A stretch of DNA of 64,000 bases from Candidatus Multivoradales bacterium (GCA_965223325.1 CBDCWI010000001.1:2048001-2112000), one strand, 5' to 3'; counted from the stretch's first letter, positions 9,443 through 19,480 are shown. Numbers and translations are program-made. Notes: generated from the sequence alone by a model not told the origin.

Positions 9443-10590
9443 GGCGGGCTCTCCTCGAGCAGCTGCCAGCTCACCCGCCCGGGCCTAGCAAGTCGCTGAA
9501 CCTCGAGGTCGAGCGCGGCGACCAACTCATCGAAGCGCGCCATCTCGCCCGGAAAATTCTCGACCCCGAAAGGTCGGCGTCGTTCCCCGTAGATGTAGTA
9601 ACCATTGACGGCTCGGTAGCGATCGAAGAACAACCGGTTCTTGCGCACGACCAGGCGGCGGAGCTCCTCCTCGGCGCGCTCGAGCGACGCACTCTCGACC
9701 GGCACTCCGGTGCGCCACTGGTCAAGAGGTGCCCGCGCGACCAGACGCTCGCCCTCCAGCAGCTGGTAGGACGACTGGTCGTCGCCTGCCGAATCGAGGT
9801 CGACGAAGAGAATCGGCCGCTCGGCGGTGACCAAGCGCTCGGGGTGGAACACACCGTCACCCCGTGCGATGCGGACTCGCCCGAGATCCACTCCAGTCAG
9901 CGCTTCGACCAGCAGCCGGCTGACGACCTGGTCGCCCTCCTCGGTCAGGTGCATGCCGTTTAGGGTCAGAGGATCCTGGTGCTTCAGAAAGGCCTGCCGC
10001 ACGGGCTCGTAGAGGTCAACGAACGCGACGCCGCGCTCGATCGCGACGGCCCGCATGGCCTGCGCATAGAGCAAGAGGTCGCGGTTGGCGGCCGCTGGAT
10101 CGGGAAGCCGGGCAAAGGAGGCATGGTCTTCGCGAGGGATCGGCGAGACCAGTACCAGTCGCAGCGGCACGCCGCGCGGACGCAGCGCTCCAAGGGCCTC
10201 GATTTCGCGCGCCAGGCCGACCTTCCAGTCCTCGATCCCGGCCTCACCAGCAAACGCTTCGTTGGCACCGTAGAACAAGAGCGCAACGTCGATCTCGAGG
10301 TCGCGCAAGTGCTCCTCTACTCCGCCGAAATTGAGGGGACGGGGCCGGAGGGCAACCTCGTCGGCCGACCAGGCGAGGTTGCGCACCACCAGTCGATGCG
10401 CGGGCATTGCCGCATAGAGCGCCGTTTCGAAGTGACCATGGAGCCGCAGGCGCTCGGCAAAGGTGTTGCCGAGCAAGGCGACGCGGTCGCCCGGTTGCAA
10501 CAGGCTCGCGCTTGCGGCCTGCTCCTGCAGGGGCGCAGCGCCGGCCAACAAGATCGCGAGGGCGAGGTTCACTCCAACGAGTTGCGGCAT
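9439..10590 (-). CDS. SGNH/GDSL hydrolase family protein
   Basis: GDRVALLGNTFAER, RNLAWSAD, YGANE, LVSPI, TLNGMHLT. Start uncertain (ATG 10590 or GTG 10572). Confidence 0.82.
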   Translation of the reverse strand: MPQLVGVNLALAILLAGAAPLQEQAASASLLQPGDRVALLGNTFAERLRLHGHFETALYAAMPAHRLVVRNLAWSADEVALRPRPLNFGGVEEHLRDLEIDVALLFYGANEAFAGEAGIEDWKVGLAREIEALGALRPRGVPLRLVLVSPIPREDHASFARLPDPAAANRDLLLYAQAMRAVAIERGVAFVDLYEPVRQAFLKHQDPLTLNGMHLTEEGDQVVSRLLVEALTGVDLGRVRIARGDGVFHPERLVTAERPILFVDLDSAGDDQSSYQLLEGERLVARAPLDQWRTGVPVESASLERAEEELRRLVVRKNRLFFDRYRAVNGYYIYGERRRPFGVENFPGEMARFDELVAALDLEVQRLARPGRVSWQLLEESPP

Positions 10591-10704
10591 TTCTGAGAAG
10601 GCATTCAGAGTTGCGAGAGGTAGGCTTCGAGAAGAGTTCCTGGCCAGCCTACCGAATGCTCTGCTGAGCGCAGGTCCTGGAAGGCGCGGTCTATCATCGC
10701 TGCG

Positions 10705-11790
10705 ATGAACACCCCAAGCCGACATGCCACGAGCTTCGCCTTCGCTTCGGTCGCGTTGCTCGCGCTTCTCACCGGGGTCGTCGTACCGGGCATCGCCCAA
10801 CCAACCGCCGAGTTGCGCGTCGCCTCCGGCCCAGAAGACCCCTGGCTGGTCTTCGAACCCGCGCGCGCCGGCAGCAAAGCCGGCTCGGGCAAGCACATCG
10901 TTCTGGTCTCCGGCGACGAGGAGTATCGCTCCGAAGAAGCGCTCCCGATGCTCGCCCGCCTCTTGACTGCACACTACGGCTTTAGAACCACCGTGCTGTT
11001 CGCCATCGACGAGGAAACCGGACACATCGACCCCGACCAGCAGCACAACATCCCGGGCCTCGAAGCGCTCGGCGACGCGCACGGCCTGGTGCTCTTCACC
11101 CGCTTTCGTGAACTACCCGACGGCCAGATGAAGCACCTCGTTGACTACCTGCAGGCCGGCGGTCCAGTGGTTGCGCTGCGCACCGCCACCCACGCCTTCT
11201 TCTACCGCACCCGTCCCGACAGTCCCTACGCGCACTGGGGATGGCGGAGCGAGGAATGGCCCGGCGGCTTCGGTCAGCAGGTGCTCGGAGACACCTGGAT
11301 CGCTCACCACGGCAAGCACGGTTCTGAGAGCACCCGCGGGGAGCCGGCACCTGAGGCTTTAGACCATCCGATCCTGCGCGGCGTAAGCGACGTCTGGGGC
11401 CCGACCGACGTTTACCGCCTCGCCAACCTGCCCACCGGCGCCAGGGTCCTGCTTCTCGGTCGCATTCTCGCCGGCATGACCCCCGACTCACCGGTCGTCA
11501 CCGACGAGCGCAACGATCCGTTGATGCCGGTCGCCTGGGTGCGCCGACACCGTTGGCCGAGCGGCGGCGAGTCACGCGTCTTCACCACCACCATGGGCGC
11601 CGCCACCGATCTCGTCAACAAAGGCACGCGGCGCCTGGTGCTGAACGCTGTCTTGTGGAGCATTGGCCTCGAAGCGGCGGTGGACCCCGACGGCCCGATT
11701 GAACCGCTGGTGCCATATGAGCCCACCGACTTCGGCTTCGGTGACGCGGTGAAGGGCCGCCGGCCCTGGGACTACCGCGGAACCCCCTGA
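10705..11790 (+). CDS. ThuA-like (class I glutamine amidotransferase-like) domain protein, secreted
   Basis: Signal peptide; KHIVLVSGDEEYRSEEALPMLA, GPVVALRTATHAF, MPVAW, RVFTTTMG. Confidence 0.85.
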   Translation: MNTPSRHATSFAFASVALLALLTGVVVPGIAQPTAELRVASGPEDPWLVFEPARAGSKAGSGKHIVLVSGDEEYRSEEALPMLARLLTAHYGFRTTVLFAIDEETGHIDPDQQHNIPGLEALGDAHGLVLFTRFRELPDGQMKHLVDYLQAGGPVVALRTATHAFFYRTRPDSPYAHWGWRSEEWPGGFGQQVLGDTWIAHHGKHGSESTRGEPAPEALDHPILRGVSDVWGPTDVYRLANLPTGARVLLLGRILAGMTPDSPVVTDERNDPLMPVAWVRRHRWPSGGESRVFTTTMGAATDLVNKGTRRLVLNAVLWSIGLEAAVDPDGPIEPLVPYEPTDFGFGDAVKGRRPWDYRGTP

Positions 11791-11891
11791 TCCTCGTTCG
11801 GGCCGCCGCACGATCCCGCAAGCGATCGCGCGGCGCTCCTGTTACATTTGCCCAGTTCTATTAGCTGATTTCGTTTCTCCTGGGAGTCTTC

Positions 11892-13664
11892 ATGACTACT
11901 CGTTTTCTACCAAGCGATGCGTCTTTGCGCCGCACCAGCGAGCGGCTCCTTGGTCGCAGAGGCTTCGAACGGTTCCTGCGCCAGCAACAGGAACACCGGC
12001 GCGAACTCGAACGCCGCGGTTTCAAGCAGGAGCTCTCACCCGAAGCGCTCCGGGTGACGCGACGGCTGGCCCGAACGACGGCGCGTGCGACTGCTCCCAG
12101 CCGCCCTCCACTCGCCACCATCGCTCTCAACCGGCTGGCTTTCGGACCGACGACCGAAGCGTTGGCACATTTCGAAAACCTGGGCGGGAACAACGACACG
12201 CGCCTCGCAAACTGGGTCGACGAACAGCTCGATCCGCAATCGATCGACGACGGTGCCTGTGACGACCGCATCGAAGCAGCTGGCTATCAAACCCTCGAGA
12301 AGAGCTACAACCAGCTGTGGAACGACTACCAGCTGAGAACCGACGAGCTTGGCTACACCGAAGGTTATCGGCCTTTCACCGAAACCGAACTGGTCACTTT
12401 TCTGCGTGCTCTCGCCAGCAAGCGCCAGCTCTTCGAACTGACGGTGCGCTTCTGGCACGACCACTTCAACGTTCATGGCGAAGACGCCGGACCGATCTTC
12501 GCCCACTACGACCGCGCGGTGATTCGTACCCATGCGCTCGGCAACTTCCGCACCCTGCTCGGCAAGGTGACCAAACACCCGGTGATGCTCGAGTACCTCA
12601 ACAACAACGTCAACTCCTATGAGCCCGATCTCGAAAACGACGGCCTCAACGAGAACTTCGCCCGCGAGCTACTCGAGCTGCACACCCTGGGCGCCGAGAG
12701 CTTCTTTGGCAACCAGAGCCCTGGCTCGATTCCCAAGTACGGCGACGGCACCGCCCACGGCTACACCGACGCCGACGTCACGATGGCGGCTCGATGCCTG
12801 ACGGGTTGGACCTACCGAAGCGTTCCGTGGGATCCCGAGATCGGCAACAACGGCCGTTTCCTCGCCCACGCTCCGTGGCACGACGACGTCAACAACAAAC
12901 GCGTCCTGGGCAAGAACATCACCAGCCGCGACGTTCTCCAGGACGGCGAGGATCTGCTCGATCTGCTGGCCGGTCACCGCGCCACCGCCCGCTTCATTGC
13001 CACCAAGCTGTGTCGCCGGCTGGTCAGCGACCGACCGTCAGAAGAGTTGATCGAGACCGCCGCCACCGTCTTTCGCAACCACGTCGACTCTTCCGACCAG
13101 ATAGCCCGCGTCATCCGGGTGATCGCTCTTTCAGACGAATTCAAGACCACCTGGGGCGAAAAGATCAAGCGACCCTTCGAAGTCTTCATCAGCGCGCTGC
13201 GCGCCGGCGACTCGCAGCATCGTTTCGCTCACAACGAGCACGACCTGGGGATGATCTGGTGGTTCTACCTCACCGGCAACATGCCCTTCGCCTGGCATCC
13301 ACCGAACGGCTACCCCGACGTCAAAGAGGCCTGGACGGCGAGCTCGCCACGGGTTCTCGGCTGGCACATGGTGAATTGGATGACCGACGACTACGAACCG
13401 CCCTGGCCCGGGCCGTACTACCTGGACGTCGTTGGTGGGACACCCGCGTCGCGCAACACACCAACCAAGGTCGTCGACTACTGGATCAGCCGCGTCTTCG
13501 GCCACGAACTGCCGCCGGCCGAGCGCACCTTGTTCATCGAGTTCTTCCGCCAGGACCTCGGCCCCGACCAGGAGTTCCAGTGGCAAGACAGCTGGACCTA
13601 CCCACCACGACTGCGCGGCCTCGTCGGCCTGATGTTCATGTCTCCTCAGTTCTCCTATCTCTGA
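11892..13664 (+). CDS. DUF1800 family protein
   Basis: LNRLAFGP, RQLFE..VRFWHDHFNV, IRTHALGNFRTLL, MLEYLNN, NENFARELLELHTLG, KIKRPFE, PPNGYPD. Confidence 0.92.
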   Translation: MTTRFLPSDASLRRTSERLLGRRGFERFLRQQQEHRRELERRGFKQELSPEALRVTRRLARTTARATAPSRPPLATIALNRLAFGPTTEALAHFENLGGNNDTRLANWVDEQLDPQSIDDGACDDRIEAAGYQTLEKSYNQLWNDYQLRTDELGYTEGYRPFTETELVTFLRALASKRQLFELTVRFWHDHFNVHGEDAGPIFAHYDRAVIRTHALGNFRTLLGKVTKHPVMLEYLNNNVNSYEPDLENDGLNENFARELLELHTLGAESFFGNQSPGSIPKYGDGTAHGYTDADVTMAARCLTGWTYRSVPWDPEIGNNGRFLAHAPWHDDVNNKRVLGKNITSRDVLQDGEDLLDLLAGHRATARFIATKLCRRLVSDRPSEELIETAATVFRNHVDSSDQIARVIRVIALSDEFKTTWGEKIKRPFEVFISALRAGDSQHRFAHNEHDLGMIWWFYLTGNMPFAWHPPNGYPDVKEAWTASSPRVLGWHMVNWMTDDYEPPWPGPYYLDVVGGTPASRNTPTKVVDYWISRVFGHELPPAERTLFIEFFRQDLGPDQEFQWQDSWTYPPRLRGLVGLMFMSPQFSYL

Positions 13665-13677
13665 ACCGGTAACGCAA

Positions 13678-15027
13678 ATGCCTCGAACCAACCGTCGACA
13701 GTTCCTCTGCGGGTGCTCCGCTGCCATCGCCGCCATGGCCGGTTCGCGCTTCAACAACCTGACCTTCGCGCAAAACGCGGTCAACAACGAGACCCTGGTG
13801 GTGCTCTTTCTGCGTGGTGGCATGGACGGGCTATCGGCCTTTCCACCGGTCGCCGGCGCCGATCGCGGTCACTACGAGGCAGCACGCCCCGAGCTCCAGA
13901 TTCCAACCAACGGAGCCAACTCGGTGATCTCGCTCGCCAATGGCTGGGGGGTGCACCCGGCCGGCGCCGGCCTCGCCGAGATCTTCCAGGACGGCAAGCT
14001 GGCCCTCGTTCAGGCGGCCGGCCGCCAGAAAGTGAACCGGTCGCACTTCGACTCGATGGCGATCATGGAGATCAGCGCACCGGCGGGGCGTTCGAAAGGC
14101 GCCGGTTGGTTGACGCGCCACCTCAAGAGTGCCACCAACCTGCCAACCGACACTCAGTTCGCCTCCTTGGCCGTCGGCGACATTTCTCCGGCCTCGCTCA
14201 CTGGGAGCTACGAGACGGTGAACTTCCTGCACCCCGAAAGCTTCAACATCGACGCCGGTTCCTTCGAGTCGCTCGCCGACCAGAAGGTCGCTCTCGCCGA
14301 GCTCTACAGCCTGAACGACGACTGGCTCTATCGCTCGGGCTTGAACGCGTTCAACGCCATGCGGCTGGTCAACGACAATGTCGATCCCAACTACGAGCCC
14401 TCGAGTGGCGTGCCGTATCCCAACAGCGAGCTCGGCGACAAGCTCGGCGCCGTCGCGCAGATGATCAAACTCGACGTCGGGCTCCAGGTCGCAGCGATCG
14501 ACATGGGCGCCTGGGATACCCACTTCAATCAGGGTCAAGGCGCGGGCGGTTTCTTCGCCCAGCATTTCGGTGAGCTCAGTCAGGGGCTGTTGGCCTTCTA
14601 CCGCGACCTGGACACGGGCGGCGCAAACAACTTTCTCGATCGGGTAACCGTCGTCGTGATGAGCGAGTTCGGCCGCGAGGTACGCGAGAACTCAGACCGC
14701 GGCACCGAGCACGGCCACGGCAACACCATGATGGTGATGGGTGGCGGCGCGATCGGTGGCCTGCACGGCGACTTCCCGGGTCTCCACCCCAACGCCCTCG
14801 AAGACGGCACCGACGTTGCGGTGACGACCGACTACCGCCGAGTGCTCTCGGAAGTCCTCATCCGTCGCCTGGCCAACAATCGTCTTGGCGACGTCTTTCC
14901 CGGGTATGACAACTACGCACCACTCGGCATTGTCGAAGGCGTTGACCTGCCCGTCGACTACGGTCCGCTCTTCGCAGACGACTTCGAGAGCGCCAGCACC
15001 GTCGCCTGGAGCGGCAGGGAGGGCTAG
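13678..15027 (+). CDS. DUF1501 family protein, Tat-exported
   Basis: TNRRQFL twin-arginine; LVVLFLRGGMDGLS, RSHFD, GAWDTH, VVVMSEFGR..EN..GTEHG, VTTDYR. Confidence 0.92.
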   Translation: MPRTNRRQFLCGCSAAIAAMAGSRFNNLTFAQNAVNNETLVVLFLRGGMDGLSAFPPVAGADRGHYEAARPELQIPTNGANSVISLANGWGVHPAGAGLAEIFQDGKLALVQAAGRQKVNRSHFDSMAIMEISAPAGRSKGAGWLTRHLKSATNLPTDTQFASLAVGDISPASLTGSYETVNFLHPESFNIDAGSFESLADQKVALAELYSLNDDWLYRSGLNAFNAMRLVNDNVDPNYEPSSGVPYPNSELGDKLGAVAQMIKLDVGLQVAAIDMGAWDTHFNQGQGAGGFFAQHFGELSQGLLAFYRDLDTGGANNFLDRVTVVVMSEFGREVRENSDRGTEHGHGNTMMVMGGGAIGGLHGDFPGLHPNALEDGTDVAVTTDYRRVLSEVLIRRLANNRLGDVFPGYDNYAPLGIVEGVDLPVDYGPLFADDFESASTVAWSGREG

Positions 15028-15047
15028 CAGCCCGCCCTAGACCCGCT

Positions 15048-15248
15048 CTATGCCCTGACGAAGAAGGGCAGGGCCAGGAGGCCCGCACCTACCAGAAGCA
15101 CGAGGAAGATGTTGCCGACGAAGTAGGGAAAGATGCACAGACCCACCCCCGACAGAAGGGCCATTCCGTTTTGCTCCTTGCGGCCGTAGATGAAGTAGCC
15201 CATTCCAATGGCCCCGAAGAGCATCGCGAGAAGGAGCCCGGCGCTCAA
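15048..15248 (-). CDS. Small conserved membrane protein (66 aa)
   Basis: LFGAIGMGYFIYGRK and L..FPYF pattern; three short hydrophobic segments. Confidence 0.78.
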   Translation of the reverse strand: MSAGLLLAMLFGAIGMGYFIYGRKEQNGMALLSGVGLCIFPYFVGNIFLVLLVGAGLLALPFFVRA

Positions 15249-15546
15249 CGGAAGCCTCGGCGGAGAATTTCGTAGCTGCTATCGGTGCGCTCCATCGCAA
15301 CTCCGGTCTCAGGAAGTGGTGGTTCGTCGAAGGGCAGGAGCCTGGGGCCCCTACCGGGCGAGTAATTATAGCATTTCGTCAATGTTTCCCCTTCTTCCAG
15401 GGGCTCGGAGCCGGTCCCATTGCCGATTCCAAGGAAACTTGCATAAAGTCGATTCCCGCGCATCAACCGCGCGTTCCCGTTAAGACGACCATGCAAACCC
15501 TGCCCTGCCCCGAGTTGACGACCCTCCTCGCGAGAGCACCCTTGGC

Positions 15547-17199
15547 GTGTCCAGACTTCGCCTCGGCCTGATCTCTGAGCGACCGCCGAGCGCTCCGGCT
15601 GGTTTCGCGCGCGCTCTGACGGCCGCGGCCAACCCGGCGGCGATTGCCGCGGCCTGGGCCGTTCTCACCGATGATGCGACGCTCGACGGTTGGCTCACCT
15701 GGCTGGGCGACACGGCCCCACCCGACGTCGACTCCCTGGTCGACATCTTCGAGAGTCCAGGTGACCTCTGGCACACCGGGGCGATGGCAAGCGAGTCTGC
15801 TGACGAATGGCTGCGCTGGGTCAATCCCACGTTCATGCACTCTGCGCCCCTCGCACCAGAGCTCGAGGCAGCCACTTGCTGGCGGGTGACGCTCGCTCAC
15901 TCGCTCGTACGGCGCTCTGCCGTCTCGGCCCTCGACGGGCCGAGCGGGCAGTTCGAGTCGCTGACCGGGGCGGGGATCGAGCTTGGCTTTCGCTACCTCA
16001 GGCGCGGCGCCGTTGTGCGCCGAGACGCGCGCCTCCGGCGGTCCGCACCGTCGCCGGGCGCTGTGCCAAGTCCCCGTGACCAGGCACGCTTCATCGCGCT
16101 TTCGGCTGGCCGCTTGTGGGCCCGCTGGGCCCTCGGCTGCCTGGTGGTTGGTGGCAGGGTCTCACCGCTCGGAGTTCCCGAACTGCTGGCGACGATCAGA
16201 CAAACCAGGCGCGGCACTCCGCTGGCGACCTGGGAGTCACCGTCGCTCGCACCAGAGACCTCGATGGCCCAGGGATCGGTCACCGTGCTCATTCCAACCA
16301 TCGATCGCTACCCCTACCTCGAAACCGTGCTCGAGCAGCTTGCAAACCAGAGTCGCCGACCAGACGAGATCATCGTCATCGACCAGACCCCGAGAGCGAA
16401 GCGCCGGCGCTTCCCCGAGAAGGCCGCGCCGGTCCCCGTCGTCTGGCTCGAGCAGGAGGAGCCTGGCCAGTGCAGCTCGCGCAACCGCGGGCTCGAGGTC
16501 TCGTCCGGAGACTTCATCCTGTTTCTCGATGACGACGACGAGGTGGAGTCCGACCTCATCGAGCGCCATCTGAAGGTGCTCGACAACCCAGCCATCGACG
16601 TCTCGTCCGGCGTTGCCGAGGAAGTTGATGGTGGCCCCCTGCCCGATGACTTTCGGCACGTCCGTATCGCCGACGTCTTCCCGACCAACAACACGATGGC
16701 GCGGCGGGCGGCGCTCGAAGCCAGCGGCCTCTTCGATCTCGCCTACGACCGGGGGCAACGAGCCGATCGCGATCTGGGGATCCGAATCCACCAGACCGGT
16801 GCCCTGATGGTGCTCCGCCCGGAGATCTCGGTCCTCCACCACCACGCACCGATGGGCGGGTTGAGGACCCACAAGGCACGCGTCGTGACCTACGGCCAGA
16901 GCCGAGCGAGAATCACCGCGCGCGCTCTTCCCACGCCTAGCGAGTACTACCTCGCCGCGCGCTACTTCGGCCGCAAGCGTTGGAAAGCCATCAGTCGCCT
17001 GGGTGTCCTTGGAACGTTTCGCCTCAAGGGATCGAGGCCGGCCCAGGTCGCCAAGATCATCGCCGGCCTGGTCTACCTGCCCAACACCCTCTGGCGCATG
17101 TCAAAGGCCAAACGAGAGGCACTTGATCTGCTCGAGCGCCACCCGACCATCGGGTACCTGAGCGACCCGATCGAGCTCAGTGAGGCATCGGGATCGTGA
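15547..17199 (+). CDS. Glycosyltransferase family 2 (C-terminal GT-A domain, divergent N-terminal domain)
   Basis: VTVLIPTIDR, EIIVIDQT, SSRNRGL, FILFLDDD, DRDLGIR. Start uncertain. Confidence 0.85.
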   Translation: MSRLRLGLISERPPSAPAGFARALTAAANPAAIAAAWAVLTDDATLDGWLTWLGDTAPPDVDSLVDIFESPGDLWHTGAMASESADEWLRWVNPTFMHSAPLAPELEAATCWRVTLAHSLVRRSAVSALDGPSGQFESLTGAGIELGFRYLRRGAVVRRDARLRRSAPSPGAVPSPRDQARFIALSAGRLWARWALGCLVVGGRVSPLGVPELLATIRQTRRGTPLATWESPSLAPETSMAQGSVTVLIPTIDRYPYLETVLEQLANQSRRPDEIIVIDQTPRAKRRRFPEKAAPVPVVWLEQEEPGQCSSRNRGLEVSSGDFILFLDDDDEVESDLIERHLKVLDNPAIDVSSGVAEEVDGGPLPDDFRHVRIADVFPTNNTMARRAALEASGLFDLAYDRGQRADRDLGIRIHQTGALMVLRPEISVLHHHAPMGGLRTHKARVVTYGQSRARITARALPTPSEYYLAARYFGRKRWKAISRLGVLGTFRLKGSRPAQVAKIIAGLVYLPNTLWRMSKAKREALDLLERHPTIGYLSDPIELSEASGS

Positions 17200-18326
17200 G
17201 ACTGCTCGTCGTTTCGAATACCTCTCACTACTACCGCGATGAGGAGATCGTTGGGTGGGGTCCGACCCTCATCGAACTCGACCAGACGAGCGCCCTCTTC
17301 TCTGGCATCACCCACATCGCCGAGCTCTTCGACGGGCCAGCACCCGAGGTTTCACGCGCCTACGAAACACCCATCGAGACGGTCCTCCTGCCGGCGCGCG
17401 GGGGCACGACCCTCGGGGCAAAGCTCGGGGTTCTCCTGCGCGTGCCGCGCTTCTTGTGGGTCTTCCTGCGCGAGCTCGCTCGTGCAGATGCCGTGCACCT
17501 GCGCTGCCCGGGAAGTCTCGGCCTGATCGCCATGCTGGTCCTGCCGTTCACCCGGGGTCGCCCACGGTGGATCAAGTTCGCCGGCAACTGGCGACCAGAG
17601 ACCCCGGACGCGCGCTCCTACCGCTTTCAGCGCTGGTTCCTCGAGAAGCCCTGGGCTCGAGCCGTGGTGACGGTCAACGGCGACTGGCCCGGCCAGCCCG
17701 ATCACGTCCGGGCATTCCTCAATCCCTGCCTGACGACTGAAGAGCTCTCCGCGGGCCAGAAGAGCCTGGTCAACAAGCCGGGACTCGAACCGCTGCGCCT
17801 GATCTTCGTTGGCTCGCTCCATGGCGGGAAGGGCGAACTGCGGGCCACCGAGATCGCCGCCCGCCTCGTCGATCGAGGGGTCCCAGTCGCACTCGATTTC
17901 GTCGGCGACGGCAAGCAACGACCGGCCCTCGAGGAGAGAATCGCGGCTCTAGGCATCGGAGACCAAACGACGCTGCACGGTTGGGTCGACCGGCGGCAAC
18001 TGCCGGCGCTCTACGGTTCCTCCCACGTGATTCTCCTCCCTTCGGGCAGCGAAGGCTGGCCCAAAGTTCTGAGTGAGGCGATGGCCTACGGGGTAGTGCC
18101 CGTGAGCTCCGCCGTCAGCAGTATTCCGCAGTACCTCGAGCGCTTCCGCTGCGGTCGCGCCCTACCAGTCGACGACCTCGAGGCCTTCGCCGACGCGTTG
18201 GCAACCTACGCCAGCCATCCGGAACTGTGGCGCCAGGAAGCAGAGAGGGCGATTGAAGCTGCCGCAGACTTCAGCTTCGATGCGCATCTCGAGAGACTGC
18301 GGCCGATCTTCTATCCCGACCGTTAG
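17196..18326 (+). CDS. Glycosyltransferase family 4 (GT-B)
   Basis: LIFVGSL...KG, VGDG..R..LE, LPSGSEGWPKVLSEAMAYG; GTGA-coupled to the GT2 gene. Confidence 0.9.
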   Translation: MRLLVVSNTSHYYRDEEIVGWGPTLIELDQTSALFSGITHIAELFDGPAPEVSRAYETPIETVLLPARGGTTLGAKLGVLLRVPRFLWVFLRELARADAVHLRCPGSLGLIAMLVLPFTRGRPRWIKFAGNWRPETPDARSYRFQRWFLEKPWARAVVTVNGDWPGQPDHVRAFLNPCLTTEELSAGQKSLVNKPGLEPLRLIFVGSLHGGKGELRATEIAARLVDRGVPVALDFVGDGKQRPALEERIAALGIGDQTTLHGWVDRRQLPALYGSSHVILLPSGSEGWPKVLSEAMAYGVVPVSSAVSSIPQYLERFRCGRALPVDDLEAFADALATYASHPELWRQEAERAIEAAADFSFDAHLERLRPIFYPDR

Positions 18327-18345
18327 AGACCGCGCTTTCGGGCGT

Positions 18346-19110
18346 TCAGGTGGCCGGCGACGGAAGCCCACCGCGCACCAGGAACTCGGCGCGCTCGAAA
18401 CGCAGCTTGCGCGACCTGAAGACGTCCTGCTTCGAGAACTCGACCGCCTCGATCGCCACCACACAACGCCAGAGCTCCGGCGGGTCGGGCCGTTTGCCCT
18501 TGAAGCCACGGGGGCTCATGACCCCGACGTTGTGCCCCTTCATCGGATCGCGGGCAGACTCCCACAGAAAAACTTCGACACCGGCCGCGCGCATCGCCGC
18601 ACCCAGACGTTGCGTGGAGCGGTAGCTGGTTGGGCTCGAGATGCGACCGCGGTAGGCGTTGAACGGTTCCCGGGTGAGATCGATGCCGCGACTCGTCTCC
18701 AGGCCGACGCGAAAGGGTGAGACCTGCAGGTAGAGCGGCGCCAGTTGTGCCTCGCTCCCGGCGAGGAAAACGAAGCGATAGAACGCGAACTCCGCCAGGG
18801 CGGTTGCACGCGCGCGAGCGCCGTACCAGATGCCACGTTCGGAGCGGCTACCGAAGCGTGAACCGTAGCGCAGCGGAGGGTAGCGAAAGGGCGTTGCCAG
18901 GAGGTAGTGCAGGCCTTCGAAGGCGGCCTCCTTCGGCAGCGGGCTCTTGCTCCTCTCGAGCAAGCCTTCGAGCACTTCCTGCTCGGCGTCGGAGTCGACC
19001 AGCTTGCGCGTCGAGTTCTTGTACTGACTCTCGACGACACGCCAGGCCGAGCCCCGCAGGCGGCGAAGCCTGGTCTCACCCGCGCAGCGCGTCCAGATAC
19101 TCGACGACAC
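18346..19110 (-). CDS. RES-domain toxin (NAD+ phosphorylase family)
   Basis: Start placed at GTG 19110 (MSSSIWTRCAG). AWRVVESQ, TPFRYPPL..GSRFG, ALAEFAFYR, ESARD give the R/E/S residues. Confidence 0.88.
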   Translation of the reverse strand: MSSSIWTRCAGETRLRRLRGSAWRVVESQYKNSTRKLVDSDAEQEVLEGLLERSKSPLPKEAAFEGLHYLLATPFRYPPLRYGSRFGSRSERGIWYGARARATALAEFAFYRFVFLAGSEAQLAPLYLQVSPFRVGLETSRGIDLTREPFNAYRGRISSPTSYRSTQRLGAAMRAAGVEVFLWESARDPMKGHNVGVMSPRGFKGKRPDPPELWRCVVAIEAVEFSKQDVFRSRKLRFERAEFLVRGGLPSPAT

Positions 19111-19480
19111 GAACCAGGCCCCTGATGGTGAGGATTTCGGTGGCAGGCACCTCTTCGAGATGGCGATTGCGCGCCCGCATCCAGGCCTGACGTGCTTCTT
19201 CGTCGCCTCCGACCAACGCGTCGAGGCTGCGGAAAAGACGCACCAGGAAGAGCCCCAACTCTCCAGCCTTGCTCTCGGGATCGAGACCGCGCACGCCACC
19301 GGCAATTCTCGACAGGGACGCTTCACTGACACCAAGCGCTGCGGCCAGCTCGCGACGGCTGAGGCCGAGGCCCGAAGCGGCCCGCAGAGTGGCCTTGCCG
19401 AGCACATCAGAAGCCAGAGCGCCGGGCGGCACCTCTTGCCACTTCTCAGACACCAGCCGATGGACGCCGGAAGGACTCAT
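19076..19480 (-). CDS. Xre/MbcA/ParS-type antitoxin
   Basis: HTH LGLSRRELAAALGVSEASLSR; C-terminal LFRSLDALVG..ARQAWMRARN.HL..VP...GLVRVVEYLDA. Lies directly upstream of the RES toxin and overlaps it. Confidence 0.9.
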   Translation of the reverse strand: MSPSGVHRLVSEKWQEVPPGALASDVLGKATLRAASGLGLSRRELAAALGVSEASLSRIAGGVRGLDPESKAGELGLFLVRLFRSLDALVGGDEEARQAWMRARNRHLEEVPATEILTIRGLVRVVEYLDALRG

